Below are positions 52,719-61,900 of a stretch of 64,000 bases of DNA, in pieces. Below the pieces are notes generated by a model. The model was given only the letters and a program-made list of their open reading frames with translations. It was not told where the DNA came from and searched no databases. The position numbers and the translations under genes were made by a program. The stretch spans positions 1,151 through 65,150 of the forward strand of contig CAKQSE010000007.1 of assembly GCA_934272785.1 (NCBI GenBank). Direction: 5' to 3'. The number at the start of each line of letters is the position of its first letter. Position 1 is the stretch's first letter. This DNA comes from an uncultured Alphaproteobacteria bacterium (GTDB lineage: Bacteria; Pseudomonadota; Alphaproteobacteria; Rs-D84).

Positions 52719-53791
52719 TGAAAAAACTGTTGATTGGTTTTCTGGGGTTGATGTTGGTGACGGGACCCGTGCGGGCCACCAGCGAATTGTCACGTATCAA
52801 TGCCCAGATTGCCAAGACCGAACAGGAAAATAAAAAACTGAGTCAACAGGTTCGCACGTCCCAGCGCGAGGTTGAAAAGACCAAAAAGAAACTGGTTGCG
52901 GCGGGTGAACAGGTCAGTAATCTGGAAGAACAACGTGGCGTTGTCGTTCGTAAAATTGCCGATTTGGACGCCCAGCGTGACCGTCTGACGCGGTCGTTGG
53001 ATGAAAATCGGACGCGCATTTCTGATGCGGCGGCCAGTATTTTGTTCGTTGCGTCGCACCCCAGTTTTGATACCGACAATATGCGTGAATATGTTTTAAC
53101 GTCGGCGGTGCTGTCGGGTGCGGCGGCGCGTTTTGATGATGAAATTCGTGACGCCACGGAAAAAATTCGCGAACTGGAAAAAATTCGCGATGCGCGCGCG
53201 GTTGAAAAAGAAAAACTGGACCGCACGGCAAAAAAATATGCCGCTGAAAAAAACGAGCTGGATAAGTTATTACAGCGTCGCGCGGCGCAAAATCAAAAGT
53301 TAAAGACCGAACAGGCGGCGTTGCAAAAAAAATTGCGCGAATTGTCGGCACGCGCAAAAAGTATCTCGGAATTATCCGCCGGCGTGGGCAGTTCACAGAT
53401 GTCGGGTGATGCGCGTTTTTCATTTCGTAAATTGAACCAGCCTGTGCGTGGTCGTGTGGTTGTGCATTTTGGTGAAAAAACGGCATTGGGGTTAAAGTCG
53501 GACGGTTGGCGCATTCGCACGCGTGGGGCGGCGTTGGTAATGGCACCGGCAGATGGCACGGTGAAATTCGCGGACAGTTTTCGCGGATTTGGACGCGTGC
53601 TGATTATATCGCATAAAAATGGATATAACACGGTGATGACGAATTTGGGCGATATTGATGTGATGGTGGAACAAGACGTCTTGGCCGGGGAACCGGTTGG
53701 ACGTATGAATCCGGACAAGCCCGAAATGTATCTGGAGGTTCGACGTGGCAACGCCGCGGTTGATCCGGCGCGCCTGTTCCGCGAAGATTAA
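52718..53791 (+). CDS. EnvC-like murein hydrolase activator (coiled coil + degenerate LytM/M23 domain)
   Basis: Signal peptide, a long coiled coil, and a C-terminal M23-like fold in which the HxxxD and HxH metal ligands are replaced (SDGWRI, TVMTNL, EMYLEV). The start overlaps the tyrS stop as TAATG. Confidence 0.8.
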   Translation: MKKLLIGFLGLMLVTGPVRATSELSRINAQIAKTEQENKKLSQQVRTSQREVEKTKKKLVAAGEQVSNLEEQRGVVVRKIADLDAQRDRLTRSLDENRTRISDAAASILFVASHPSFDTDNMREYVLTSAVLSGAAARFDDEIRDATEKIRELEKIRDARAVEKEKLDRTAKKYAAEKNELDKLLQRRAAQNQKLKTEQAALQKKLRELSARAKSISELSAGVGSSQMSGDARFSFRKLNQPVRGRVVVHFGEKTALGLKSDGWRIRTRGAALVMAPADGTVKFADSFRGFGRVLIISHKNGYNTVMTNLGDIDVMVEQDVLAGEPVGRMNPDKPEMYLEVRRGNAAVDPARLFRED

Positions 53792-53797
53792 ACTGCG

Positions 53798-54727
53798 TTA
53801 TTTCTGAAATGTGCGTTCCAGGTTTTGCAGGTATTGCATTAAATCGCGCATAAATGCGACCTTGTCAACGTTGTTGCGTATGCTTTTTTCGTTTTGCGGA
53901 TTCAGACGCAGGTCATCGGACGCCTTGATAAAGCGTTTCAGAACGACCGTCATCAAACGATATTTCATAATGTTGCGCAGGCTTTCGTTTTTCGCACTGG
54001 GCATTTGCCACAATGATTTGTCGTGCATTTTCAGGTATGCGTCATAGACCTGTTTCCAGATGCCTAGTTCAATTTGCAGTGACGCAAATATGTCGCGATA
54101 GATGAAACGATATCCGGCCTCGGCAAAATCAATAAAGGATATCTTACTGGTGTTGGCGTCGTATAACACATTGCCCGGGTTTAAATCACAGTGCGACCAT
54201 GCCAGGCGTGTCGTGTATTGAAATGAACCGATTTCGTCACGGATGCGCGACATTTGACGAACCTCGTTCTTGTTAAACCAATGTGACATCTTGGTGCCAA
54301 CAAACGTATCCAGACGCGAGAATTTTAATTCTGATGCGATGTTATGCGGCTGGGCCGGGCCAATCGGCTGCGATTCGTTCATATCAACCAGAAAACTGGC
54401 CAGGCTGTTGATGATTTCGTAACGCTGGCGACGCGACAGTGTGCGATATACGTCCGCCGTCAGTGGCACGCCGGGGGCGCGTTCTTCCAAAATTTGGTAT
54501 TCTTCATCATTGATGAAACGCATTGCGGGCACGTTATACAATGGATTGCCAACCGCACGAATGCGGTCAATGGCGTCCTTGGTCTTGTGCTGTTTGGCCA
54601 ACCACGCGTCACGTGCATCATCACCAAACGTCGGCAATGGACGTTTCAGCACGAATTCATCGCCGTAATATACGGCGTATGTTTCGCGACCATGAATCAA
54701 AGTTTTTATTTTTGGTGTGTTGCTCAT
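53798..54727 (-). CDS. Aminoglycoside-phosphotransferase-like (eukaryotic-like) kinase
   Basis: 309 aa from ATG 54727. FVLKRP (Lys), catalytic loop HCDLNPGNVLYD and the metal-binding IDF motif. The start overlaps the upstream stop as TAATG. Confidence 0.75.
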   Translation of the reverse strand: MSNTPKIKTLIHGRETYAVYYGDEFVLKRPLPTFGDDARDAWLAKQHKTKDAIDRIRAVGNPLYNVPAMRFINDEEYQILEERAPGVPLTADVYRTLSRRQRYEIINSLASFLVDMNESQPIGPAQPHNIASELKFSRLDTFVGTKMSHWFNKNEVRQMSRIRDEIGSFQYTTRLAWSHCDLNPGNVLYDANTSKISFIDFAEAGYRFIYRDIFASLQIELGIWKQVYDAYLKMHDKSLWQMPSAKNESLRNIMKYRLMTVVLKRFIKASDDLRLNPQNEKSIRNNVDKVAFMRDLMQYLQNLERTFQK

Positions 54728-55446
54728 TATAAAATCCGTGATTTGTTTAACAGACTGATTATCTCGCGCTGGGTGCGCAGCATGCATGAATACATATAGT
54801 GTGAATATGTCTTGCAATCGCCGTTTGCGCGCGCACGCAGGGCGTCCATATATTCGTGCTTGTCCGACGGGTGGTTGAACAATATCGGGCGATATCCGTT
54901 CTGGACCAGGAACCAGTTCATTACCATGCGCGATGTGCGTTTGTTAAAGTCATTAAAGGGCTGGGCCGCGATAATGTCATAGTGGGCATTAAATGCGCGG
55001 GTCAATACCGGCGTATTCGTGTCGCCCAGGTTGTATTGAACATCGTCCATCTTGTATAACATATCGTTAAAATCGGGGGCCGATGTGCGTAAAACATACA
55101 CGTCAACCAGGCGATACTGGCCGCCCGGGATATCGGTGCCGTGTGCCAACAGCGAATGAATCTTGCGAATTGCCATGTTGTCAATGACGTGCTTTGGACT
55201 CTGGTGTTTTAAAATATATTCCCATGTTTTGGCCAGATTGCTCATTGATGTATAATCCAGACATGCGTCACGTTCGGCCTTGGGCATGCCATCGGGGCAC
55301 TGGAATAAAACCTGGGTTTCAACCGTCAATTCGTGTGTAATCCAATTCAAATTGTTCAGACGCTTTACCGTGTCACGACCAGATAACAATTTTGAAATTG
55401 TTTCGCGGTTTTCTTCAATCTGTAATTTTATCTTGTTCGTTTTCAT
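54727..55446 (-). CDS. Fido-domain (Doc/Fic-like) protein with a substituted catalytic motif
   Basis: 239 aa from ATG 55446 (GGGGGA RBS). The motif region reads QPFNDFNKRTSR where Fic/Doc have HxFx(D/N)(A/G)N(G/K)R. His is replaced by Gln and Gly/Ala by Phe. Confidence 0.65.
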   Translation of the reverse strand: MKTNKIKLQIEENRETISKLLSGRDTVKRLNNLNWITHELTVETQVLFQCPDGMPKAERDACLDYTSMSNLAKTWEYILKHQSPKHVIDNMAIRKIHSLLAHGTDIPGGQYRLVDVYVLRTSAPDFNDMLYKMDDVQYNLGDTNTPVLTRAFNAHYDIIAAQPFNDFNKRTSRMVMNWFLVQNGYRPILFNHPSDKHEYMDALRARANGDCKTYSHYMYSCMLRTQREIISLLNKSRIL

Positions 55447-55621
55447 TGTTTTATCCCCCATGCACCACTGTAAATATAGCCCAAAAAGACAATTTGTCAA
55501 GTATTTGTCAATTCTGGTGCATAAAAAATGGCGGTGTGATGAAAAATCGTGTTGCGGGCGCGCGGAAATTGTTTTATGCTGAGATTTGTCAGAGAATAGT
55601 GGATTATGGAAAGGGAACATT

Positions 55622-57031
55622 ATGCTGAAAAAGTTACTGATTTTTGTTGCTTTATTGATGCCGGTCACGTCGTTTGCGGCCGGTGCGTCCAAGGCCAAGA
55701 AGGAAGAGCCGGTCGTCCATCTGACGGATGAACAGATTTACGAGCAGTTGAAAAAACTGGCCCTGGTGTTCGAAACCGCCCGTGACAGTTTTGTCGAAGA
55801 AGCGGACGAGAAAAAAATGTTAGAGGCCGCAATGAACGGCATGCTGGGGGCGTTGGACCCGCATTCATCGTATTTGTCGGCGGATGACTTCAAGGAATTT
55901 AATGACAAATCGTATGGCGAATTTGGGGGACTGGGGATTCAGATTACCAGTGACCGCGGCGCGGTGCGCGTGATTTCGCCAATTGACGACACGCCGGCGG
56001 CCAAGGCAGGGATAAAGGCGGGCGACTATATCACGCACATTGATGGTGAACAGGTATTTGATTTAACGTTGAACCAGGCGGTAAAAAAGATGAAGGGTCG
56101 CCCGGGAACCAAGGTTAAATTGACCGTTGTATCTGATGGCAAAGAACCGCGCAATATCACGCTGAAACGCGCAATTATCAAGGTGAAATCGGTAAAATTC
56201 GAAGAGAAATCAATTGCCGACGCGGACGAAGATTCCAGTGAAAAAATCGGATATATTCGTATTTCTGACTTTGGCGCGACCACGGCCAAGGAGTTGAAAA
56301 ACGCGATTGAAAAACTGGAAAAGAAAAACGTAATTGGTTACGTGTTGGATGTGCGCAATAATCCGGGCGGATATCTGACGGCGGCTATAGAGGTGTCAGA
56401 TGCGTTCTTGGACGGGGGCGAAATTGTGTCAATGCGTGGCAAGGCCAAGACGGATATTGAACGCAGTTTTGCGCAACCGGGTGATATGACGAACGGCAAA
56501 CCGGTGGTAGTGCTGATAAATCATGGGTCGGCATCGGCGTCTGAAATTGTTGCGGGCGCGTTACAGGATAATGGCCGTGCGTTGGTCATGGGATCCCAGA
56601 GTTTTGGCAAGGGCAGTGTGCAACAGCAAAAGCCCCTGGGTGATGGCACGGCGATACATATCACAATTGCGCGTTATTACACGCCCAGTGGCCGTTCAAT
56701 TCAGAACGAGGGGATTACCCCAGACGTAGAGGTTCTGCAGAGCAAGATTGAAACAATTGAACGCAAGGAAAGCCTGTATTCCGAGGCATCGTTTAAAAAC
56801 GCACTGAAAAACGAAAATGCTAAGAAAAAGGCCGACAAGAAATCGGACGACGATGACGCAGATGCTGAATTGACCGATGAAGAGAAAGATGCGCTGGATT
56901 ATCAATTGCAACGTGCGATGGATATGGTGCGGGCAATGTCTAAATTAAAACTGCGGGCACCGGTCTGTGACGCGGTGGTGACGGATGACGCCGCCGATGA
57001 TGTGACACATGCAAGCACGGACAAGAAATAA
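55622..57031 (+). CDS. ctpA: Carboxy-terminal processing peptidase (S41)
   Basis: Signal peptide, PDZ region, GSASASEI (catalytic Ser) and FGKGSVQ (Lys). It has an acidic C-terminal tail. Confidence 0.92.
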   Translation: MLKKLLIFVALLMPVTSFAAGASKAKKEEPVVHLTDEQIYEQLKKLALVFETARDSFVEEADEKKMLEAAMNGMLGALDPHSSYLSADDFKEFNDKSYGEFGGLGIQITSDRGAVRVISPIDDTPAAKAGIKAGDYITHIDGEQVFDLTLNQAVKKMKGRPGTKVKLTVVSDGKEPRNITLKRAIIKVKSVKFEEKSIADADEDSSEKIGYIRISDFGATTAKELKNAIEKLEKKNVIGYVLDVRNNPGGYLTAAIEVSDAFLDGGEIVSMRGKAKTDIERSFAQPGDMTNGKPVVVLINHGSASASEIVAGALQDNGRALVMGSQSFGKGSVQQQKPLGDGTAIHITIARYYTPSGRSIQNEGITPDVEVLQSKIETIERKESLYSEASFKNALKNENAKKKADKKSDDDDADAELTDEEKDALDYQLQRAMDMVRAMSKLKLRAPVCDAVVTDDAADDVTHASTDKK

Positions 57032-57055
57032 AAAACGCCCAATCGGGCGTTTTTA
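57026..57055. terminator. Bidirectional terminator, copy 1 of an identical 29-nt unit
   Basis: aaataaaaaacgcccaatcgggcgttttt, identical to 58081-58109. Confidence 0.8.
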
Positions 57056-57484
57056 TTTTTTTATATCTTTTTTCATATCAAAAAATGACGGCAGTTTTGA
57101 CCGCTGGCCCTGGTATATCGCCAGTGTGCCCGCCTGGCGCGCGCGGTCATAATATTTGATTTTGTAATCAATTATTTGCAACATCCGCTTGGTTTCGGCC
57201 ATTTGGGCCTCGATTGCGCGACGACGGCTGACAAACATGTCATAGCGTTGCTGGATTGTTTTATCGCCTTGCTTTACCCAATCAATAAATGTTTTGATTT
57301 CGTTTAACGACATGCCGGTCTTTTTCAGGCACTCTATCAACCCCAGTGTGTCCAGGTCGCGTTCGCTGTAATCGCGAATGCCGCCGCCGCGTTTTGCCAC
57401 GTCGGGCATCAGTCCCATTTTGTCATAAAAACGCAATGTGTGCTGGGACAATCCGGTTATTTTTGAAATTTCACCAATTCGCAT
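57053..57484 (-). CDS. MerR family transcriptional regulator
   Basis: MRIGEISKITGLSQHTLRFYDKMGL HTH followed by a coiled-coil dimerisation helix. Start at ATG 57484. Confidence 0.9.
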   Translation of the reverse strand: MRIGEISKITGLSQHTLRFYDKMGLMPDVAKRGGGIRDYSERDLDTLGLIECLKKTGMSLNEIKTFIDWVKQGDKTIQQRYDMFVSRRRAIEAQMAETKRMLQIIDYKIKYYDRARQAGTLAIYQGQRSKLPSFFDMKKDIKK

Positions 57485-57495
57485 AAAAAATCCTC

Positions 57496-57526
57496 TTGAC
57501 TTAGAGTAAAGTCTAGGGTTTATACT
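57496..57526 (+). promoter_or_regulatory. MerR-type promoter with a 19-bp spacer and an internal dyad
   Basis: TTGACT (57496-57501), a 19-nt spacer containing the imperfect dyad CTTAGA-N6-TCTAGG, then TATACT (57521-57526). It is divergent from merR and drives the flavodoxin gene. Confidence 0.65.
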
Positions 57527-57555
57527 GGCAATTGTCAAGGGAGGAAATGCACAAA

Positions 57556-58086
57556 ATGAAAAAGATTACACTTTCGATATGCGCACTGTTGGGACTGACC
57601 GCGGGTGCGGACGCACGTGATTTGGTTGCATACTATTCACGCACGGGCAACACCGAAACAGTGGCAAAAAAGATTGCCGAAATAACCGGGGCGGATTTAT
57701 ACAGAATTGAAACCGCTGACCCCAATTATTATCCATCAGAATACGCCGCCACCACACAACAGGCCAAACAAGAAATCACCGACGGCACATTGCCACCGAT
57801 AAATGCGACGCCTGATTTGTCGGCATATGATACGATATACGTTGGAACGCCGTGCTGGTGGGGAACGATGGCGTCGCCAGTGCGCACGTTTTTGACCAAC
57901 AATAACTTTGATGGCAAAACGGTTGTGCCATTTGATACACATGGGGGCAGTGGTGCCGGCAATGTTTTCACAGATATTGACGCGCTGACGCCAAATGCGA
58001 CGCATCGCGCGGGTATTGCTATTTATGGCAGTGACGCCGCAACGTCTGATGACGCACTAAAGGCGTGGATTGATAAAAACAAATAA
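57556..58086 (+). CDS. Flavodoxin-like protein with an N-terminal signal peptide
   Basis: MKKITLSICALLGLTAGADA is followed by YYSRTGNTETVAKKIA (an FMN phosphate-loop-like motif). RBS GGGAGGA is about 10 nt upstream of ATG 57556. Confidence 0.8.
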   Translation: MKKITLSICALLGLTAGADARDLVAYYSRTGNTETVAKKIAEITGADLYRIETADPNYYPSEYAATTQQAKQEITDGTLPPINATPDLSAYDTIYVGTPCWWGTMASPVRTFLTNNNFDGKTVVPFDTHGGSGAGNVFTDIDALTPNATHRAGIAIYGSDAATSDDALKAWIDKNK

Positions 58087-58110
58087 AAAACGCCCAATCG
58101 GGCGTTTTTT
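58081..58110. terminator. Bidirectional terminator, copy 2 of the identical 29-nt unit
   Basis: aaataaaaaacgcccaatcgggcgttttt, identical to 57026-57054. Confidence 0.8.
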
Positions 58111-58112
58111 AT

Positions 58113-58784
58113 TTAACGGCTGCGGCCGCGCATTGTGCCATTGTTTCGTAAAACCCAATCGCACAGGCCACGTTTCAAACACTGGGTTGCCGTCATTGGA
58201 TGACCGTTTCGCATGATGTCCGTGATTTCATCATTGGTCAGTTTTGTATATTTCTTGTATATTGAACGAATATATTCTATTTCGCTGTTTGTGGGGCGCG
58301 CGGATGATGGGGCGCCGAAACCCAAATTGTGCGGATGTGCGCTGGCATATGGGACCATGGTTGCCGTTTCATACATAATCCGAAAGCCCGGTGTCCCCGA
58401 TATCGCCAACAGTGCCGCCGCGTCGCGCGCGGTGCCGATAACATTTGTGCGGACAATTGCACCGCGGGCACGTATCAGTGCCAACAGTGCCGCAAACGAT
58501 GAAAACGTTGTTAAATCGCGACCGTATCCATTGATGTATAAATCAAAAACCTGGCGGTCCTTGATATCATATGGTGATGACAATTTTATCGGGGTATATA
58601 TTGTTGGCATATGTGGCATTGTTTGGATGTGCATTGCAATATGCCGCAGTGTTTCCGACTGGGGACTGATTTGTCCAAACAGGCACGCGCCCAGTTCGGC
58701 ACTGACGTATCCGACCGTGTCATCTTCGGCGGTGGTGTCAAATTCTTGGTATTCTTCGTATTCGCCGGTTTCTGTATCAGACAT
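58113..58784 (-). CDS. ClpP-fold paralogue lacking the catalytic Ser/His (ClpR-like)
   Basis: It is collinear with ClpP: LYINGYGR versus LYINSPGG, GTARDAAALL versus GQAASMGAFLL, and TATMVPYA versus IMIHQP. Acidic N-terminus. Start at ATG 58784 with a GGGGGA RBS. Confidence 0.6.
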   Translation of the reverse strand: MSDTETGEYEEYQEFDTTAEDDTVGYVSAELGACLFGQISPQSETLRHIAMHIQTMPHMPTIYTPIKLSSPYDIKDRQVFDLYINGYGRDLTTFSSFAALLALIRARGAIVRTNVIGTARDAAALLAISGTPGFRIMYETATMVPYASAHPHNLGFGAPSSARPTNSEIEYIRSIYKKYTKLTNDEITDIMRNGHPMTATQCLKRGLCDWVLRNNGTMRGRSR

Positions 58785-58933
58785 GTAATCCCCCATTGCT
58801 GATTTTATTCTTTTCTTTGTGTAATACAAATATCGGGTTTTGTCAAGCCGTTTTGCAAGTATCATCTTGCCTTGCAATAAAAATCGCGGTATGATTTCGG
58901 CATCAATGAAAAATTGTAAAAGGAAAAGGCAAA

Positions 58934-61900
58934 ATGGCAAATTTGATTGTTGATGGTAACTGGGCGGCGGCCGACGTCGCATACAGATGCGTTGATTTCG
59001 CGGCGATTTATCCAATCACCCCCAGCAGCACAATGGGTGAACTGGCGGACGAATGGTCGTTCCAGCACAAGAAAAATATTTGGGGCGCAATTCCACAGAT
59101 AATTGAAATGCAATCCGAAGGGGGCGCGGCCGGCGCAATGCACGGTGCGTTACAGATGGGTGCGCTGGCGACGACATTTACGGCGTCCCAGGGGCTGTTG
59201 CTGATGATTCCGAATATGTATAAAATCGCGGGCGAACAGACACCGTTTGTCATGCATGTTGCGGCGCGTGCGCTGGCGACACATGCGTTGTCAATCTTTG
59301 GCGACCACAGTGACGTTATGGCGGTGCGCAGCACGGGTTTTGCATTGCTGTCCAGTCATAATGTGCAACAGGCATCTGATATGGCGGCAATCGCACATGC
59401 GGCGACGTTGCGGGCACGTGTGCCATTTTTGCACTTCTTTGACGGATTTCGCACCAGCCACGAAGAATCGCGTTTGAATCGAATCGAGGATGAGGTGTTG
59501 CGTAAAATGATTCCAGATGACCTGGTGCGTGAAAATCGCGCACGTGGTATGTCGCCGGAACATCCGACAATTCGTGGCACCGCCCAAAACCCAGACGTAT
59601 ATTTCCAAGGACGCGAGGCCGCCAACCCACTGTATGCGGCGACGCCTGAAATTGTCCAGAAATGCATGGACGAATTTGCCGCGCTGACAGGGCGCAAGTA
59701 TAATCTGGTTGACTATGTCGGTGACCCAAATGCCGAAAACGTTATTGTCGCCATGGGCAGTGCATGCGAAACAATCGAAGAAACGTTGCCGTTCCTGCCA
59801 CGTGGGTTGGGATTGGTCAAGGTGCATCTGTTCCGGCCGTTCCCGGTTGACGCGTTGCGCGCGGCATTGCCGAAAACGGTGAAACGTATTGCGGTGTTGG
59901 ATCGGACCAAGGAACCGGGTGCCATTGGTGAACCGTTATACCAAGATGTTAAGACTGTCGTGGGTGACGCGGCGGCGGTGTATGGCGGACGTTATGGACT
60001 GGGGTCCAAGGAATTTAAACCACGCGATGTCAAGGCCGTATATGAAAACCTGATGCGTGACACATTGCACCATAATTTTACCGTTGGTATCGATGACGAT
60101 TTGACGGGCCTGTCCCTGAAAACAGACCCGGCGTTCGCGGTCCAGGCGGAAAATTTCAAGACCGCAATTCTGTATGGTATTGGATCGGACGGCACGGTTG
60201 GTGCGGTTAAAAATATTGTGAAAATTGTTGGTGAAAATTCTGAATTATATCCGCAATCATACGCGGTATATGATTCCAAGAAATCAGGGGGACTGACCGC
60301 GTCGCATATTCGTTTTTCGGATGCGCCGATTAAAAGCCAGTATTTGATAGAAGTGGCGGATTTCATCAGTGTATCAAACTTTATGATTGCCCAGCGTTTT
60401 GATGTGTTCCGTGGTCTGCGTGCGGGTGGGACCGTTATGATAAATACGTCAATGGCCCCGGATGTGGCGTTCGCAAATCTGCCACGGGAAACCCAGGAAC
60501 ATTTAATCAGATTGCGTGCAAATGTATATTTCTTGGACGCAAATGGTGCGGCCGCCGAATTGGGATTGGGCAACCGTATCAATACGTTTATAATGCTGAA
60601 TTTCTTTAACCTGACCCAGATTATTGACCCGGCGGTTGCGGCCAAATCGGCCAAGGCGGCAATTGAAAAAACATACAAGAAAAAGGGTATGGATATCGTC
60701 CAGGCGAACTGGACCGCGGTTGATAGGGCGGCGGGCTATCTGCATCAGTATACGTTGCCGTCGTCGGTGTCGAATTTTGCCCCAGACTTTATCCCGGCGA
60801 TGACTGCGGATGCCCCGGCCGAGATTGCCGGGACACTGGGTGAAATGGCGGCCCAGCGTGGCGACGCAATTCCTGTGTCGCGTTTCCGCACCGATGGTGC
60901 GTTTGGCGCAGGCCAGTATCCGGTCGGCACATCAAAGTATGAAAAGCGTTCAATATCTCAGCGTGTTGCGACGTGCGATTTGGAAAAATGTATCCAGTGC
61001 GGCAAATGTTCTATGTTGTGCCCGCACGCGGCAATTCGTATCCGTGCATTGACCGCGGACCAGGTTGACGCGGCACGCGCGGCAGGTATAACGGTTGTGC
61101 CGATGAAAACCCCAGAACTGGGGTCTGATATGTATTACACGCTGGCCATATCCCCGGCGGATTGCACCGGGTGCGGCGTGTGTGTGAAAAATTGTCCGGT
61201 GGCGGCACTGGCGATGAAAAACGCGCACGATGTTGCCGATGAAAACCAGCGCGCGTTTGACGCGGTTGTAAAATTGCCAGACATACCGCGCGAAAAATTA
61301 AACCTGAATATACCAAAGCATGTGGAATTATTGCCGCATTACTTTGAATTTCCGGGCGCGTGTGCGGGGTGCGGGGAAACACCGTATATCAAGATGTTGG
61401 CGCATCTGTTTGGTGACCATATGGTGGTTGCAAATGCAACGGGTTGTTCGTCCATATATGGGGCGAATTTGCCGACAACGCCGTGGACATGTGATGCGGC
61501 GGGGTGTGGGCCAGCGTGGTCTAATTCATTGTTCGAAGATAATGCGGAATACGGCCTGGGAATGCGTTTGGCATTGAACCAGAAACGCGACACATTGCGC
61601 AGTTTGCTGTTTGAATTAAATATTCCAAACGTTGATGCGATGTTTGATACGCATGACATAAATGCCCAGCGCGCCAGTGCGGACATGCTGCGTAAAAAGT
61701 TGGCGACAATTGACGGACCGCGCGCACGCGTGGCCGAAAGTTTGGTTGACGCAATTGTCAATAAATCTGTGTGGATTATCGGCGGTGATGGATGGGCATA
61801 TGACATTGGATATGGCGGGTTGGATCATATCTTGCACAGTGGGGAAAACGTGAACGTTTTGGTCCTGGATACCGAAGGGTATTCGAACACCGGCGGTCAA

